Shown here piece by piece: positions 1 to 10,709 of a stretch of DNA of 35,672 bases. Made by a program: the position numbers and the translations under genes. The stretch covers positions 1 to 35,672 of the forward strand of contig JAOZTP010000003.1 in assembly GCA_029939135.1 (NCBI GenBank). Direction: 5' to 3'. The stretch is from Desulfobacterales bacterium. GTDB lineage: Bacteria > Desulfobacterota > Desulfobacteria > Desulfobacterales > JAFDMD01. Under the pieces are notes generated by a model that made no database searches, had not been told where the DNA came from, and saw only the letters and a list, made by a program, of their open reading frames with translations. How positions within the stretch are numbered: position 1 is the first letter of the stretch; each line of letters opens with the position of its first letter.

Positions 1-1
1 T

Positions 2-2905
2 TCCCCTGAAGACGGAGCAAAAATGGGGCTTCAAGGAATGATAAATCATATGATGAGTCTCCTTGATTTTTCGACCCTAAAAGAAAACATAGAAAAAAGG
101 ATAAACGAACTTAACCCGGACAACAAACTTCTTACGGCAAACTTTATTACCGCAATAGAGCAGTTTAAAAAAACCGACAAAGCAAAAAGCGATTCTTTGG
201 CTGCGGCGCTTAAAGAAAAAGCCTCCGATAAAAAAATTCCGGTAATAGGAATTACAGGCACGGGCGGCGCCGGCAAATCCTCTTTAACGGACGAATTAAT
301 TCTTCGTTTTTTACGCGACGTTAAAGACATAAAAATAGCGATAATATGCAGCGATCCTTCCAAACGTAAAACCGGCGGCGCGCTTTTGGGCGATAGAATA
401 CGAATGAACGCCATAGACGACAACAGGGTTTATATGCGCTCCCTTGCGACAAGAGAATCTTTAACCGAAGTTTCCGAAATGCTTTACGAGGCTATACAGG
501 CGGCAAAAGCCTCAGGGTATGATCTTATTATTACCGAAACCGCAGGCATAGGACAAGGCGATTCCAGAATTACCGATATATCCGATATATCCTTATACGT
601 TATGACAAGCGAATTTGGCGCCGCATCTCAGCTTGAAAAAATAGACATGCTTGATTACGCCGACCTTATAGCAATAAACAAATTTGAAAAAAAAGGAGGC
701 GAAGACGCTCTTAGAGACGTCCGAAAACAGTTTTTAAGAAACCAAGACGCATGGGATCAAAAGCCGAAGGACATGCCGGTTTACGGAACCATAGCTTCAA
801 AATTCAACGACGACGGAGTTACCGCTTTATATTCTGCGCTGATAGAGGCAATAAACAAAAAAACAGGCGTAGCCTTTAAATCGAATATAACTCCGCCTAA
901 CATAAAATATTCAACATCAAAAACCATAATAATACCGCCAGAAAAAATTCGTTATCTTGCAGAAATAAGCGATACCGTTCGCAAATACCATGATCAAACC
1001 GAAACAAATAGAAAAAATATAGAAAAAGCATGGCATCTTAAAAAGGCTGCGGAAATAATCGAAAAAGAGAATAAATCTTCCGAATTATCGGAAACGCTTA
1101 AAAATCAAATTAAAACAGCCGAAGAAAAGATAGACAAAGAAACGGAAAACCTTCTTAAAGATTGGGACAAAATCCGACAGAATTATAAAAAAGAGGAGTT
1201 CGTCTATACTGTTCGAGATAAAATAATAAAAATACCTCTTTATAAAACCTCCTTATCTCAAAAGAAAATACCTAAAATATCGCTGCCTAATTTTAAATCC
1301 AAGCCCGAAATATATCAATGGCTGCGAAAAGAAAACCTTCCGGGACGCTTTCCTTTTACCGCCGGAGTTTTTCCATTAAAAAGAGCGGACGAAGACCCCA
1401 CAAGAATGTTCGCGGGCGAAGGAGATCCCGCAAGAACAAACAGACGATTCAAGCTTTTATCCGGAAACTACAAAGCAAAACGCCTTTCCACCGCATTTGA
1501 TTCGGTTACTTTATATGGACGCGATCCGGAAATAAGACCGGACATATACGGCAAAGTAGGAACCTCCGGGGTAAGCATATGCACATTGGAAGACGTAAAA
1601 GTTCTCTATGACGGGTTCGATCTTGCCTCGCCAAACACCTCCGTATCAATGACAATAAACGGACCCGCTCCCATAATGCTCGCTATGTTTTTAAATGCCG
1701 CAATAGATCGGCAGATAGACAAATTTAAAGCGGAACAGAAAAAAGAGCCTTCAGCCGAAAAAATCGAAAAAATAAAAGCTGATACCCTATCCAAAGTAAG
1801 AGGCACGGTTCAGGCAGACATATTAAAAGAGGATCAAGGGCAGAATACCTGCCTGTTTTCTACGGACTTTGCTTTAAAAATGATGGGAGACATACAGGAA
1901 TACTTTATACAAAAAAATGTCCGTAACTTTTATTCCGTATCAATATCAGGCTACCACATAGCCGAAGCCGGGGCAAACCCGATTACCCAGCTTGCCTTTA
2001 CCCTTGCAAACGGATTTACCTACGTTGAATACTACCTTTCAAGAGGAATGGACATAAATGCGTTCGCCCCCAATCTTTCATTTTTCTTTTCAAACGGAAT
2101 GGATGCCGAATATACGGTTATAGGCAGAGTAGCCCGAAGAATATGGGCGATTGCGCTTAAAGAAAAATATGGTGCTTCCGTCCGTTCTCAAATGTTAAAG
2201 TATCATATACAAACCTCCGGTAGATCATTACATAGTCAGGAAATACAATTTAACGACATACGAACGACATTACAGGCGCTTTGCGCAATATACGACAACT
2301 GCAACAGCTTGCATACAAACGCATTTGACGAGGCAATTACAACGCCGAGTCAAGAATCAGTCCGCCGCGCCCTTGCAATACAATTAATAATAAACAGGGA
2401 ATGGGGGCTTGCAATAAATGAAAACGTCCTACAAGGAAGCTTTATAGTAGAAGAGCTTACAAGTCTTGTAGAAGAGGCGGTTCTATCAGAATTTGACAGA
2501 ATAACGGAACGAGGCGGGGTTTTGGGCGCTATGGAAACCGGTTATCAGCGAAATAAAATACAAGACGAATCATTATATTACGAACATCTGAAACATACGG
2601 GAGAGCATCCGATAGTAGGAGTCAATACATTCCGAGAAGCCGATGCGGACGAAGATCAGTTAAGCGAAAACATAGAGCTTGCAAGAGCCACAGAAGAGGA
2701 AAAAAATTCTCAGCTTACAAGGCTTGCGGAATTTCACAATAAAAATCAAGAGCATGCGCCGGAGGCTTTAAAAGGGCTTCAGCAGGCGGCTTTGGCAAAC
2801 CAAAACGTTTTTGAAGAGCTTATGAACACAGTTAAATACTGCTCGCTTGGGCAGATTACAAAAGCGCTTCATAACGTAGGCGGAAAATACAGAAGAAACA
2901 TATGA
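2..2905 (+). CDS. icmF: Fused isobutyryl-CoA mutase/MeaB-like GTPase IcmF (5' part, including the B12-binding domain, lies left of the window)
   Basis: The frame is open from base 2 ([14 protein letters not shown]), so the gene starts upstream. It has a P-loop [12 protein letters not shown] and [16 protein letters not shown] (MeaB GTPase) followed by acyl-CoA mutase motifs [47 protein letters not shown] and [10 protein letters not shown]. Confidence 0.95.
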   Translation, partial: SPEDGAKMGLQGMINHMMSLLDFSTLKENIEKRINELNPDNKLLTANFITAIEQFKKTDKAKSDSLAAALKEKASDKKIPVIGITGTGGAGKSSLTDELILRFLRDVKDIKIAIICSDPSKRKTGGALLGDRIRMNAIDDNRVYMRSLATRESLTEVSEMLYEAIQAAKASGYDLIITETAGIGQGDSRITDISDISLYVMTSEFGAASQLEKIDMLDYADLIAINKFEKKGGEDALRDVRKQFLRNQDAWDQKPKDMPVYGTIASKFNDDGVTALYSALIEAINKKTGVAFKSNITPPNIKYSTSKTIIIPPEKIRYLAEISDTVRKYHDQTETNRKNIEKAWHLKKAAEIIEKENKSSELSETLKNQIKTAEEKIDKETENLLKDWDKIRQNYKKEEFVYTVRDKIIKIPLYKTSLSQKKIPKISLPNFKSKPEIYQWLRKENLPGRFPFTAGVFPLKRADEDPTRMFAGEGDPARTNRRFKLLSGNYKAKRLSTAFDSVTLYGRDPEIRPDIYGKVGTSGVSICTLEDVKVLYDGFDLASPNTSVSMTINGPAPIMLAMFLNAAIDRQIDKFKAEQKKEPSAEKIEKIKADTLSKVRGTVQADILKEDQGQNTCLFSTDFALKMMGDIQEYFIQKNVRNFYSVSISGYHIAEAGANPITQLAFTLANGFTYVEYYLSRGMDINAFAPNLSFFFSNGMDAEYTVIGRVARRIWAIALKEKYGASVRSQMLKYHIQTSGRSLHSQEIQFNDIRTTLQALCAIYDNCNSLHTNAFDEAITTPSQESVRRALAIQLIINREWGLAINENVLQGSFIVEELTSLVEEAVLSEFDRITERGGVLGAMETGYQRNKIQDESLYYEHLKHTGEHPIVGVNTFREADADEDQLSENIELARATEEEKNSQLTRLAEFHNKNQEHAPEALKGLQQAALANQNVFEELMNTVKYCSLGQITKALHNVGGKYRRNI

Positions 2906-2950
2906 TAGAGAAAAATTGACAAATAAAACCGTCGTAATCATAAGTAAAGG

Positions 2951-3196
2951 ATGACATATATGAAAACAGTTTCTTTAATTGAATCAAAAGTAAATATATA
3001 CAATCTGTTTGACGAAGTATTACGCACAGGAATGCCGATTGAAATAGATAAGCAAGGTAAAAAGTTAATAATTATGCCTTCAGGCAAGGCAAAAAAACTT
3101 CAAAACCTCGTCTTGCGACCAGACGCAATAAAAGGAAACCCTGACGAGCTTGTAGATATTACATGGGAAAAGGAGATGAATTTTGATTTACCTTGA
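2951..3196 (+). CDS. Phd/YefM-family antitoxin (type II TA)
   Basis: 81 aa with a Phd-like N-terminus (SLIESKVNIYNLFDEVLRTGMPIEIDKQGK). It overlaps the downstream PIN gene. The start may be the ATG at 2960. Confidence 0.8.
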   Translation: MTYMKTVSLIESKVNIYNLFDEVLRTGMPIEIDKQGKKLIIMPSGKAKKLQNLVLRPDAIKGNPDELVDITWEKEMNFDLP

Positions 3197-3557
3197 TACG
3201 CACATAGTTGTATGGCTGTATGCAGGTCAAATAGAAAGGTTAAGCGAATATGCTAAAGAACTAATAAATGATCACGAAATTTTTATTTCTCCTGCCGTGA
3301 GGTTGGAGTTGCAATATCTATTTGAAATTAAACGCATTACATACGAAGCTAATGATATTGTATTTGATCTGTTCAATAAAATAGGATTAAAGGTATGTAA
3401 TAAAAGCTTTAATACTATTATAAGCGTTGCATTGGATTTTTTTTGGACAAGAGATCCATTTGATCGAATTATTGTCTCGAATGCAGCTGCAAATCGTAAT
3501 ATTCTATTAACAAAGGATAAAAATATTTTAAAAAATTATGAAAAAGCAAAATGGTAA
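3183..3557 (+). CDS. vapC: PIN-domain VapC-family toxin
   Basis: IYLDTHIVVW N-terminus, RDPFDRII and LLTKD motifs; 124 aa; TTG start overlapping the antitoxin. Confidence 0.9.
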   Translation: MIYLDTHIVVWLYAGQIERLSEYAKELINDHEIFISPAVRLELQYLFEIKRITYEANDIVFDLFNKIGLKVCNKSFNTIISVALDFFWTRDPFDRIIVSNAAANRNILLTKDKNILKNYEKAKW

Positions 3558-3593
3558 ACGCCATTTTCAATTAAAGGATATTTTAGCTAAACA

Positions 3594-4173
3594 ATGTCAG
3601 TTATAGCGCCGGATTTAGATTGGTATAAGAAAAAAAGTTTAGACCAAGAAGTGAACATTCGCTGCCCTTTTACTTACGTGGAGGCCTGCCCGCGATATTA
3701 CCAGAGTTTGCCTCTGATGGGAGAAGCCAGAGCTATCAAGATCGAACCTCGTGGAAGATAAGCGATTATTGAAGTTTTGGGAAAAAAGTGATTTATGTCC
3801 ACAAACAATGGAAGAGAAAATATCAATTTTCGGCAAGGGACAGATATTTGATAATTTTTGTCCGGAAGTTGTCTTTAAAAAATTTGGCTACTTTGCTTCT
3901 TATATAAGCCGATTCTCCGATGAAACAGATCAAGATATTAGACATAAAATGCTTGAAGAGGAGAAGCAAATTGAAAATGATCGGAGATGGCTATTCTCAA
4001 GCCTATCTCCACAACATTATACAGAATGCGATCTTTATTCGGCTCTAAAGCAACGCAGCAAAAATTATAAGAAATTATGGTATAAAAAACCTGTGGGAAT
4101 AATAATTTTAGGGGTAATGATTACAGTAATTGGCGGGTTAATTTTTTTTATAATTGGGAAACAATTTGACTAA
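3594..4173 (+). pseudogene. Hypothetical protein with C-terminal membrane anchor, split by an apparent frameshift near 3748-3751
   Basis: ORF 3594-3761 (MSVIAPDLDWYKKK..RCPFTYVEACPRYYQSL..KIEPRGR*) overlaps the next-frame ORF 3751-4173 (VEDKRLLKFW..GIIILGVMITVIGGLIFFII). The two read as one continuous protein. Confidence 0.55.
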
Positions 4174-4240
4174 CAACCGCATTAATCTCAATATTAGTAG
4201 AAATATAAAAAAATAACAATAAAGAAAGGGGAAATAAAAA

Positions 4241-5023
4241 ATGAATCTAATAGTATTATTAAAACAGGTTCCTTCTACCGAATCTTTTGTAAGCGTAGGA
4301 GAGGATAAAAAATCGGTAAAGACCGAAGATGTTAAATGGGTTATAAACCCGTATGACGAATTTGCCGTTGAAGAGGCATTAAAAATAAAAGAAGCTCTCG
4401 GCGGAACAGTAACAATATTAACCGTGGGAAACGATAAAGCGGTAGAAGCCGTAAGAACCGCTTTGGCTATGGGAGCGGACAACGGCATACTTATAAACGA
4501 CCCCGATGCTTACAATTGCGACGGAGCAGGAATTGCCAAAATACTTGCGGCGGCGCTTAAAAATATTGAATATGATCTTATAATTGCGGGGCAAAGAGCG
4601 GTTGACGACGACAACTACTATGTAGGAGCGGCGACTGCGGAGTTTTTAAATATTCCTCATGTTTCGATGGTAATAAAAGAGGAAATAACCGATAAAACAA
4701 TTAAATGCACAAAAACAATAGAAGGCGGCTCATTTGTATTTGAAGCAAAATTGCCCGCTCTTATAACAACCCAGCGCGGATTAAACGAACCGAGATATGC
4801 ATCTTTGCCCGGCATAATGAAAGCAAAGAAAAAACCGTTAGATACCAAAACATTGGCAGATATAGGAATAAGCGCGGCAGATTTGGGCGAGCCTATGCTT
4901 ACAATAAAAGAGGTTAAAAAGCCTTCTCAAAGAGAAGCCGGAGTTATGATACAGGGAGATACGCCCGCGGAACTTGCGGCGGCTCTTGTAAAGGCTCTTC
5001 ATGAAGAGGCTAAAGTAATATAA
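4241..5023 (+). CDS. etfB: Electron transfer flavoprotein beta subunit
   Basis: LLKQVP, INPYDEFAVEEAL, ALAMGAD, GQRAVDDD and NEPRYASLPGIMKAKKK motifs. Confidence 0.97.
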   Translation: MNLIVLLKQVPSTESFVSVGEDKKSVKTEDVKWVINPYDEFAVEEALKIKEALGGTVTILTVGNDKAVEAVRTALAMGADNGILINDPDAYNCDGAGIAKILAAALKNIEYDLIIAGQRAVDDDNYYVGAATAEFLNIPHVSMVIKEEITDKTIKCTKTIEGGSFVFEAKLPALITTQRGLNEPRYASLPGIMKAKKKPLDTKTLADIGISAADLGEPMLTIKEVKKPSQREAGVMIQGDTPAELAAALVKALHEEAKVI

Positions 5024-5083
5024 ACATAAGATAGGAAGAGAGAGGGATAGTAATAAAAATATTTAATCCCCAAAAAAATGATA

Positions 5084-5167
5084 AAATTTTGCAGGATAAC
5101 AAAGAATTTTGTTTATTTTAGTATAACAAAGAAAACGGGCAAAATATGAAGTTAGACGGTAAAATTT
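5084..5167 (-). repeat. Internally deleted copy of the ATAAC..GTTAT palindromic intergenic element (family A)
   Basis: Reverse complement of 5132-5167 (aaattttaccgtctaacttcatattttgcccgtttt) matches the left end of the 27329 copy. Reverse complement of 5084-5114 matches its right end (aacaaa..ctttgttat..caaaattt). Confidence 0.75.
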
Positions 5168-5198
5168 AATAAAAAGTTTAATAATATAGGAGAAAAAA

Positions 5199-6158
5199 AT
5201 GAGAGTGCTTGTAATTACGGAACAAATAGACGGTATATTCAGAAAAGTCAGCTATGAGGCTTTAAGCGAAGGCAGACGAATAGCGGACGCTATGAATTGC
5301 GAAATGACGGCGGCAATACTCGGAAGCGGCATTGATAATCTTGCCGAAGATATAAAAAAATACGGGGCGGATAAAATAATACTTGCAGACGATCCCGCCC
5401 TTGCGGAATATATCACTGATAAATACGTACTAACCCTTGCGGATATAATAGAAAAAGAGAAACCGGAAGTTATAATACTCGGTTCTACAAGCATTGGAAA
5501 GGATATAGCGCCTCGTCTTTGCGCAAAATTCAACGGCGCAATAGCTACAGACTGCATAAGCGCTTCAATCGAAGAGGGCAAAGTCTGCGCCTCAAGATAC
5601 ATATACGGAGGCAAATTAATAACGGATGTAATATTAAACAGAAAACCTGCGTTTATTGCTTTAAGGGCAAACTCCGTATCGATTAAGGAGGCGGACGGCA
5701 AAGGAGAAATAGAAAAAATTCAAGCGAATATGCAGGATGCGTCCCTTACTTTTATAGAGAAAAAAATGGATGCAGGTAAAAAAGAGCTTACAGAGGCGGA
5801 TATTATAGTGGCGGGCGGCAGAGGCGTAAACGAAGGCGATTTTTCCGCTATAGAGGAGCTTTCCGAAATATTGCAAGGGGCGGTAGGGGCTTCAAGAGCG
5901 GCTGTGGACGAAGGATGGAGACCCCATTCGGATCAGGTGGGACAAACAGGCAAGGTGGTTTCTCCGAACCTTTATATAGCCTGCGGCATATCCGGCGCAA
6001 TACAGCACTTTGCAGGAATGGCGTCCTCTAAAGTTATAGCGGCTATAAACAAGGATGAAGAAGCGCCGATATTTGCTAAATCGGATTATGGCGTAGTAGG
6101 AGACCTGTCTAAAGTTATGCCAGAAGTAATCAAAGAGGTTAAAAAAATTAAAGGGTAA
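5199..6158 (+). CDS. etfA: Electron transfer flavoprotein alpha subunit
   Basis: LTEADIIVAGGRG, GASRAAVD and QVGQTGKVVSPNLYIACGISGAIQH FAD-binding motifs. Confidence 0.97.
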   Translation: MRVLVITEQIDGIFRKVSYEALSEGRRIADAMNCEMTAAILGSGIDNLAEDIKKYGADKIILADDPALAEYITDKYVLTLADIIEKEKPEVIILGSTSIGKDIAPRLCAKFNGAIATDCISASIEEGKVCASRYIYGGKLITDVILNRKPAFIALRANSVSIKEADGKGEIEKIQANMQDASLTFIEKKMDAGKKELTEADIIVAGGRGVNEGDFSAIEELSEILQGAVGASRAAVDEGWRPHSDQVGQTGKVVSPNLYIACGISGAIQHFAGMASSKVIAAINKDEEAPIFAKSDYGVVGDLSKVMPEVIKEVKKIKG

Positions 6159-6164
6159 GCCCTA

Positions 6165-7544
6165 TTGGAAAACAAATCAAACATAAAAAATAACTCCCCG
6201 CGTCGGCATGCGGGGAGTTTATATCTTTTAAGTCTCGGCTGCGCTAAAAATTTAGTTGAAAGCGAATTTTTACTATGGCGTTTAAAAACGGACGGATGGA
6301 ATATAATATCCGATCCCGCCAAAGCCGAAGTAATAATAATAAATACCTGCGCTTTTATAACTCCGGCAATAGAAGAATCAATAGACGAAATATTGTCGCT
6401 TGCGGAAAATAAAAAAAACGGAGCTTGCAAAAAGCTAATAGTAGCGGGCTGCTTGCCTCAACGGTTTGAAAAGGAAATATCGGAAAGCATGCCGGAAGTA
6501 GATTATTTTGTCGGAACCGGAGCGTTTCATAAAATACCGGAAATTGCGAGTATAAATAAGAGAAAGAAAATTTTTTTTCCGGACCCAAATCTAAGTCCTT
6601 TTCCAAAACCGAATCAAAAAAGAATTATTCAAAACAAAAAAAGCGTATATCTAAAAATAGCCGAAGGCTGCAATAGAAGATGCTCATACTGTATAATACC
6701 GAAGCTAAAAGGGAAATATAGAAGCAGATCGGTTTTTGATATATGTTCCGAAGCCGAAGCCTTAACAAAGGAAGGGGCAAAAGAGATAAGCTTAATAGCG
6801 CAGGAAACCACCATTTACGGAAAGGATTTGCGAGTCGCCTCTGATTTTTCGGAATTATTAAAACGGATTTCCGAAAAAGCTTTTTTATATTCAAAGGATA
6901 TAATAATAAGGGTTCTTTATACCCATCCTGAAAGCCTTGATGAAAAAATAATTAAAACCATAGCTCAAACCAAAAATATAGCCTCCTATTTTGACCTCCC
7001 GATTCAGCATGCAAGCGATAATATATTAAAAAAAATGGGACGAGGATATAATGCAGAAAAGTTATATGAGATTATCAATACCATAAGAGATTACGCTCCG
7101 AATGCGGTTTTGCGCACAAGCCTTATAGTAGGATTTCCGAATGAAACCGAAAAAGATTTTAAACGGCTTTACGATTTCATTAAAAAGGTAAAGTTCGATC
7201 ATCTCGGAGTTTTTACATATTCTGGTGCGAAGGATATACCTTCCGGCAAGATTAAAAAGAAGGTAACCAAAAAAATTGCGGAAAAACGTTATAAAACCCT
7301 TATGAAAAAACAGGCGGAAATATCTTTTGAAAAAAACCAAAAACGTATAGGAGAAACCTATAAAGTTTTAATCGAAGAGGAGGAAAAAGGTGTTTTTACC
7401 GGCAGGACTTGGTTTCAGGCGCCGGAGGTTGACGGAATAGTTTATGTTAACGCATTGGCGGATAATAAGCTTGAAAAAGGGGATGTCGTATCGGTAAAAA
7501 TAAACGAGGCTGCGGAATATGATCTGTTCGGAACGCCGATATAA
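6165..7544 (+). CDS. rimO: Ribosomal protein S12 methylthiotransferase RimO
   Basis: SLGCAKNLVESE, INTCAFI, radical SAM CNRRCSYC, and C-terminal TRAM region with QAPEVDG. TTG start. Confidence 0.93.
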   Translation: MENKSNIKNNSPRRHAGSLYLLSLGCAKNLVESEFLLWRLKTDGWNIISDPAKAEVIIINTCAFITPAIEESIDEILSLAENKKNGACKKLIVAGCLPQRFEKEISESMPEVDYFVGTGAFHKIPEIASINKRKKIFFPDPNLSPFPKPNQKRIIQNKKSVYLKIAEGCNRRCSYCIIPKLKGKYRSRSVFDICSEAEALTKEGAKEISLIAQETTIYGKDLRVASDFSELLKRISEKAFLYSKDIIIRVLYTHPESLDEKIIKTIAQTKNIASYFDLPIQHASDNILKKMGRGYNAEKLYEIINTIRDYAPNAVLRTSLIVGFPNETEKDFKRLYDFIKKVKFDHLGVFTYSGAKDIPSGKIKKKVTKKIAEKRYKTLMKKQAEISFEKNQKRIGETYKVLIEEEEKGVFTGRTWFQAPEVDGIVYVNALADNKLEKGDVVSVKINEAAEYDLFGTPI

Positions 7545-7635
7545 CGAAAAATTGTAACAGATATCATAAAGGGATTTTTTGCTTTGCTTGAAATAATGGG
7601 AAGCAACTTTTTTTGCCGGTTATTTATACAAATCA

Positions 7636-7684
7636 AATGTTATTTTTGTTTGTCATTTCGACGAGCGAAGCAAGGAGAAATCCC
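7636..7684 (+). repeat. TGTCATTTCGA-type REP-like palindromic repeat (family B)
   Basis: aatgttatttttgtttgtcatttcgacgagcgaagcaaggagaaatccc. It matches the reverse complement of ~27623-27651 and the direct copy at 27670-27696. Confidence 0.7.
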
Positions 7685-7905
7685 TTATTAAAAAAAATAA
7701 ATAGACAAAAGAATGATTACAAAGGTTAGAGGCGTTCAAACTTGTTTGCTCCGCTTTTGCTTGTCTCTTGGGATTTTTGACAGGGCTTTTCTAACAACTA
7801 TACAAAAAAAATGAACATCTCCAAATCGAATATAATCATAGGAAAGTCTCGTTATTAACACAATCTAAACAGAAGAAAGAATTTAAAAAAACAGTATAAC
7901 AAATT

Positions 7906-8358
7906 ATGAAACCTATAATAAAATTTTTACGTTTAAATCCTGAAGCGGATAAGGATATAGAGCTTCCGAAGTATATGACCGGTTTGTCTGCGGGAATGGA
8001 TATAAGAGCCGCCATAAAAAAAAGTTTAACCCTTAAACCGCAAGATATAACTTTAATTCCTACGGGCTTTGCAATTGCGATTCCCGAAGGCTTTGAAGCC
8101 CAAATAAGACCCAGAAGCGGACTTGCCATAAAGCATGGCATAACGATTATAAACTCTCCGGGAACCATAGATGCGGACTATAGAGGCGAAGTTAAAATGG
8201 GGGTTATAAATTTAGGCAAAGCAGAATATAAAATCAAGCGAGGCGATAGAATAGCCCAGATGGTTATTAAAAGGGTATATCAGGCGGTTATTGAGGAGAC
8301 GGATAGATTGGATTCCACAAAACGAGATGCGGGCGGTTTTGGGCATACCGGCGTTTAA
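7906..8358 (+). CDS. dut: dUTP diphosphatase
   Basis: [33 protein letters not shown] and [10 protein letters not shown] motifs. Confidence 0.98.
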   Translation: MKPIIKFLRLNPEADKDIELPKYMTGLSAGMDIRAAIKKSLTLKPQDITLIPTGFAIAIPEGFEAQIRPRSGLAIKHGITIINSPGTIDADYRGEVKMGVINLGKAEYKIKRGDRIAQMVIKRVYQAVIEETDRLDSTKRDAGGFGHTGV

Positions 8359-8564
8359 AATTTTGAGAGGCATTTTGTTTCTATGCCGCGCTGTTGCGAA
8401 GCGTCGGTATTCTTCTTATTTTACGCTGTTTTCAACGATTTTTATTTCCTCTTTTGTTAGCTCGTAAAGTATATTGCGTCCAAAAGTCAAGACAGTAAAA
8501 AATAATTTTATAATTTTTTATTGTATGCTCATTCTGAAAAGACAAATTTAAAAGATTGTCTTTT

Positions 8565-9881
8565 TCAATACATGAGATTCGGCAGCCATAAGACTATGTT
8601 CGGAAATATCATAAGCAATATTATGCCTACTATTACCGCGCATAAAAAGGGGATTATTCCTTTAAATATGGATTCTAAAGGGACTCCTCCTTTTATTACC
8701 TTTTGAGACACCCCGTAAACTACATAAACGTTGATACCTACGGGCGGGGTTATTACTCCCATTTCCGTTACCAAAACTATAATTATTCCGAACCAGATGG
8801 GGTCGTAACCCAGATTTTGCACTATAGGAAAAAAGATTGGTATGGTAAGCATTATTAAAGCAAGCGAATCCATAAAACATCCGCCGAGAAAGTATATTAT
8901 TATGATTAATCCAATTATCATATAGGAGGGGAGATCAAAGCCGCTTACCCAGTTTGCTATGTTAAAGGGTATTCTTGTAACCGCCAGAAATTTTCCGAAT
9001 ATAACTGCGCCTGCAACTAAGAATAGCACCATGCAAGAGGTTCTTATGGTTTCGTATAATGATTTCACAAAACCTTTCCATGTAATTTGACGTTTTATTA
9101 CGGATATTGCCAAAACCCCGAAGGCTCCTACGCCTGCGGCTTCGGTAGGGGTAAATAATCCCTTAAATAGTCCGCCCATAACCAGAATGAAAACCAAAAG
9201 AGTATCCGCCAGATTTTTTAAGGAGATTAGTTTTTGTTTTAAAGTGAATTTGTCTCCTTTTGGTCCTTGTTTCGGAGATACGGAACATGTAACGTATATG
9301 CATGTAATAAAAAGAAAGGTCAGCAGCAAAGCCGGAAATATTCCGGAAACAAATAAAGCGCCTATTGATTGCTCGGTTAGTATTCCATAGACTATTAGCA
9401 CTACGCTGGGAGGCATTATCATTCCGAGTCCGCCGCCGGCGGAAACGGAGCCTGCCGCAAGTCTGTTTGTGTAACCGTAGCGTTTCATTTCGGGCATTCC
9501 TACGGTAGCCATTGTAGCCGCTGTAGCGGGGCTTGATCCGCATACGGCTCCGAATGCGGTGCAAGAGCATACCGTAGCCATAGCAAGACCGCCTCTGATT
9601 GCTCCGAGAAATTTATAAGCTGTATCGTATAGCCTTCGACTTATGCCGCCGTTGAACGCAAATTGTCCCATTAGTATAAAAAGGGGGATTGTAGTAAGGT
9701 CGTAGGATGAAAATGCTGAGTATATTTCTCTTGAAAGCAGGTTTAGTCCGCCTTTAAAAGATATTAACAGGCTGAAACCTATAAAGCCTATTAAAGCCAT
9801 AACATAAGCTACGGGCATTTTGGTCATAAATATGGCAATCATTATAATTATGCCGATTATGCCGAGTAATGTGGGATCCAT
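8565..9881 (-). CDS. dctM: TRAP transporter large permease
   Basis: 438 aa polytopic membrane protein with GSSPATAAT, GMIMPPSV, FTPTEAAG and ITPPVGIN motifs. Confidence 0.95.
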   Translation of the reverse strand: MDPTLLGIIGIIIMIAIFMTKMPVAYVMALIGFIGFSLLISFKGGLNLLSREIYSAFSSYDLTTIPLFILMGQFAFNGGISRRLYDTAYKFLGAIRGGLAMATVCSCTAFGAVCGSSPATAATMATVGMPEMKRYGYTNRLAAGSVSAGGGLGMIMPPSVVLIVYGILTEQSIGALFVSGIFPALLLTFLFITCIYVTCSVSPKQGPKGDKFTLKQKLISLKNLADTLLVFILVMGGLFKGLFTPTEAAGVGAFGVLAISVIKRQITWKGFVKSLYETIRTSCMVLFLVAGAVIFGKFLAVTRIPFNIANWVSGFDLPSYMIIGLIIIIYFLGGCFMDSLALIMLTIPIFFPIVQNLGYDPIWFGIIIVLVTEMGVITPPVGINVYVVYGVSQKVIKGGVPLESIFKGIIPFLCAVIVGIILLMIFPNIVLWLPNLMY

Positions 9882-9898
9882 TTGGTTTTCCTTTGTTT

Positions 9899-10039
9899 AA
9901 ATTTCGATTTACAACTTCGTATTTTGCCCGTTTTCCGCGTTATGCTCAAATTTTCATCCTCGAAATACATTAGTACTCCGGCGGTGAAAATTTTTTTTGC
10001 CTTGAAAATGAACAAACCACTTTGTTATCCGGCGAAATT
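9899..10039 (+). repeat. Full-length family A palindromic element between dctQ and dctM
   Basis: Shares aacttcgtattttgcccg, atcctcgaaatac, gcggt, gccttg and gaacaaaccactttgttat in the same order with 27329-27472. It folds as a long imperfect hairpin. Confidence 0.85.
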
Positions 10040-10068
10040 GTTTTTCATATTTTTATGATTAACCGTTT

Positions 10069-10587
10069 TTAAATTGTTTCCGGTCTTTGCTCTGGCGTCT
10101 CCGTTTTATGATTTTTTTTTTTAAAGAAGTTGAAGATGTCCTTAAGGATAAAGAGAGAAAATATTAAAAAACATAAGGAGAGTATATAGATAACATAATA
10201 TTCCGGAAGCTGAAGATTCATGGAAACTTCGCCGGTTTGCTTCATTGTATAAGCATAAACTGCTATTCTCCAAGTTACGAATATAAATAGTATAAAGGAT
10301 ATAATGTTTGTTATTACTTTTATGATTGAGCGGGTTTTTGCCGTAAAAAGTCTTACGAGTATTTCTACTCCTATATGAGCATCTTCTTTATGAGCGTAAG
10401 GAAGGCTCATAGCTACAACAAAAGCGGCAAGAAAACCGATTATTTCTTCGGTTCCGAAAATCGGATAATTGAAGAATCTACCCGCTACATTTATGCAGGT
10501 AAGAAATACCATTGCCAAAAGGCATACGGCGCCGGTTATTTTCATTTTATTTTGTATGTATTCTAATATGTGCCAAAATTTATTCAT
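10069..10587 (-). CDS. dctQ: TRAP transporter small permease
   Basis: Four TM segments, GRFFNYPIFGTEEI and HIGVEIL motifs. The start is moved to the ATG at 10587 because it has AGGA upstream and the longer ORF start at 10632 lies inside a hairpin. Confidence 0.9.
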   Translation of the reverse strand: MNKFWHILEYIQNKMKITGAVCLLAMVFLTCINVAGRFFNYPIFGTEEIIGFLAAFVVAMSLPYAHKEDAHIGVEILVRLFTAKTRSIIKVITNIISFILFIFVTWRIAVYAYTMKQTGEVSMNLQLPEYYVIYILSLCFLIFSLFILKDIFNFFKKKNHKTETPEQRPETI

Positions 10588-10594
10588 TTTCCTG

Positions 10595-10636
10595 AATTTT
10601 GCCAGATAACAAAGTAGTTTGTTATCTGGCAAAATT
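10595..10636. repeat. Perfect 19-bp-stem hairpin between dctP and dctQ (collapsed family A-like element; possible attenuator or mRNA stabiliser)
   Basis: aattttgccagataacaaa-gtag-tttgttatctggcaaaatt. Confidence 0.8.
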
Positions 10637-10709
10637 TCCTCTTTGCAATTAAAAAATTAAAAATCGCTTCCTTTATTCTTTTGCCCTTTTGTTACTCTGT
10701 AACTTTAAA

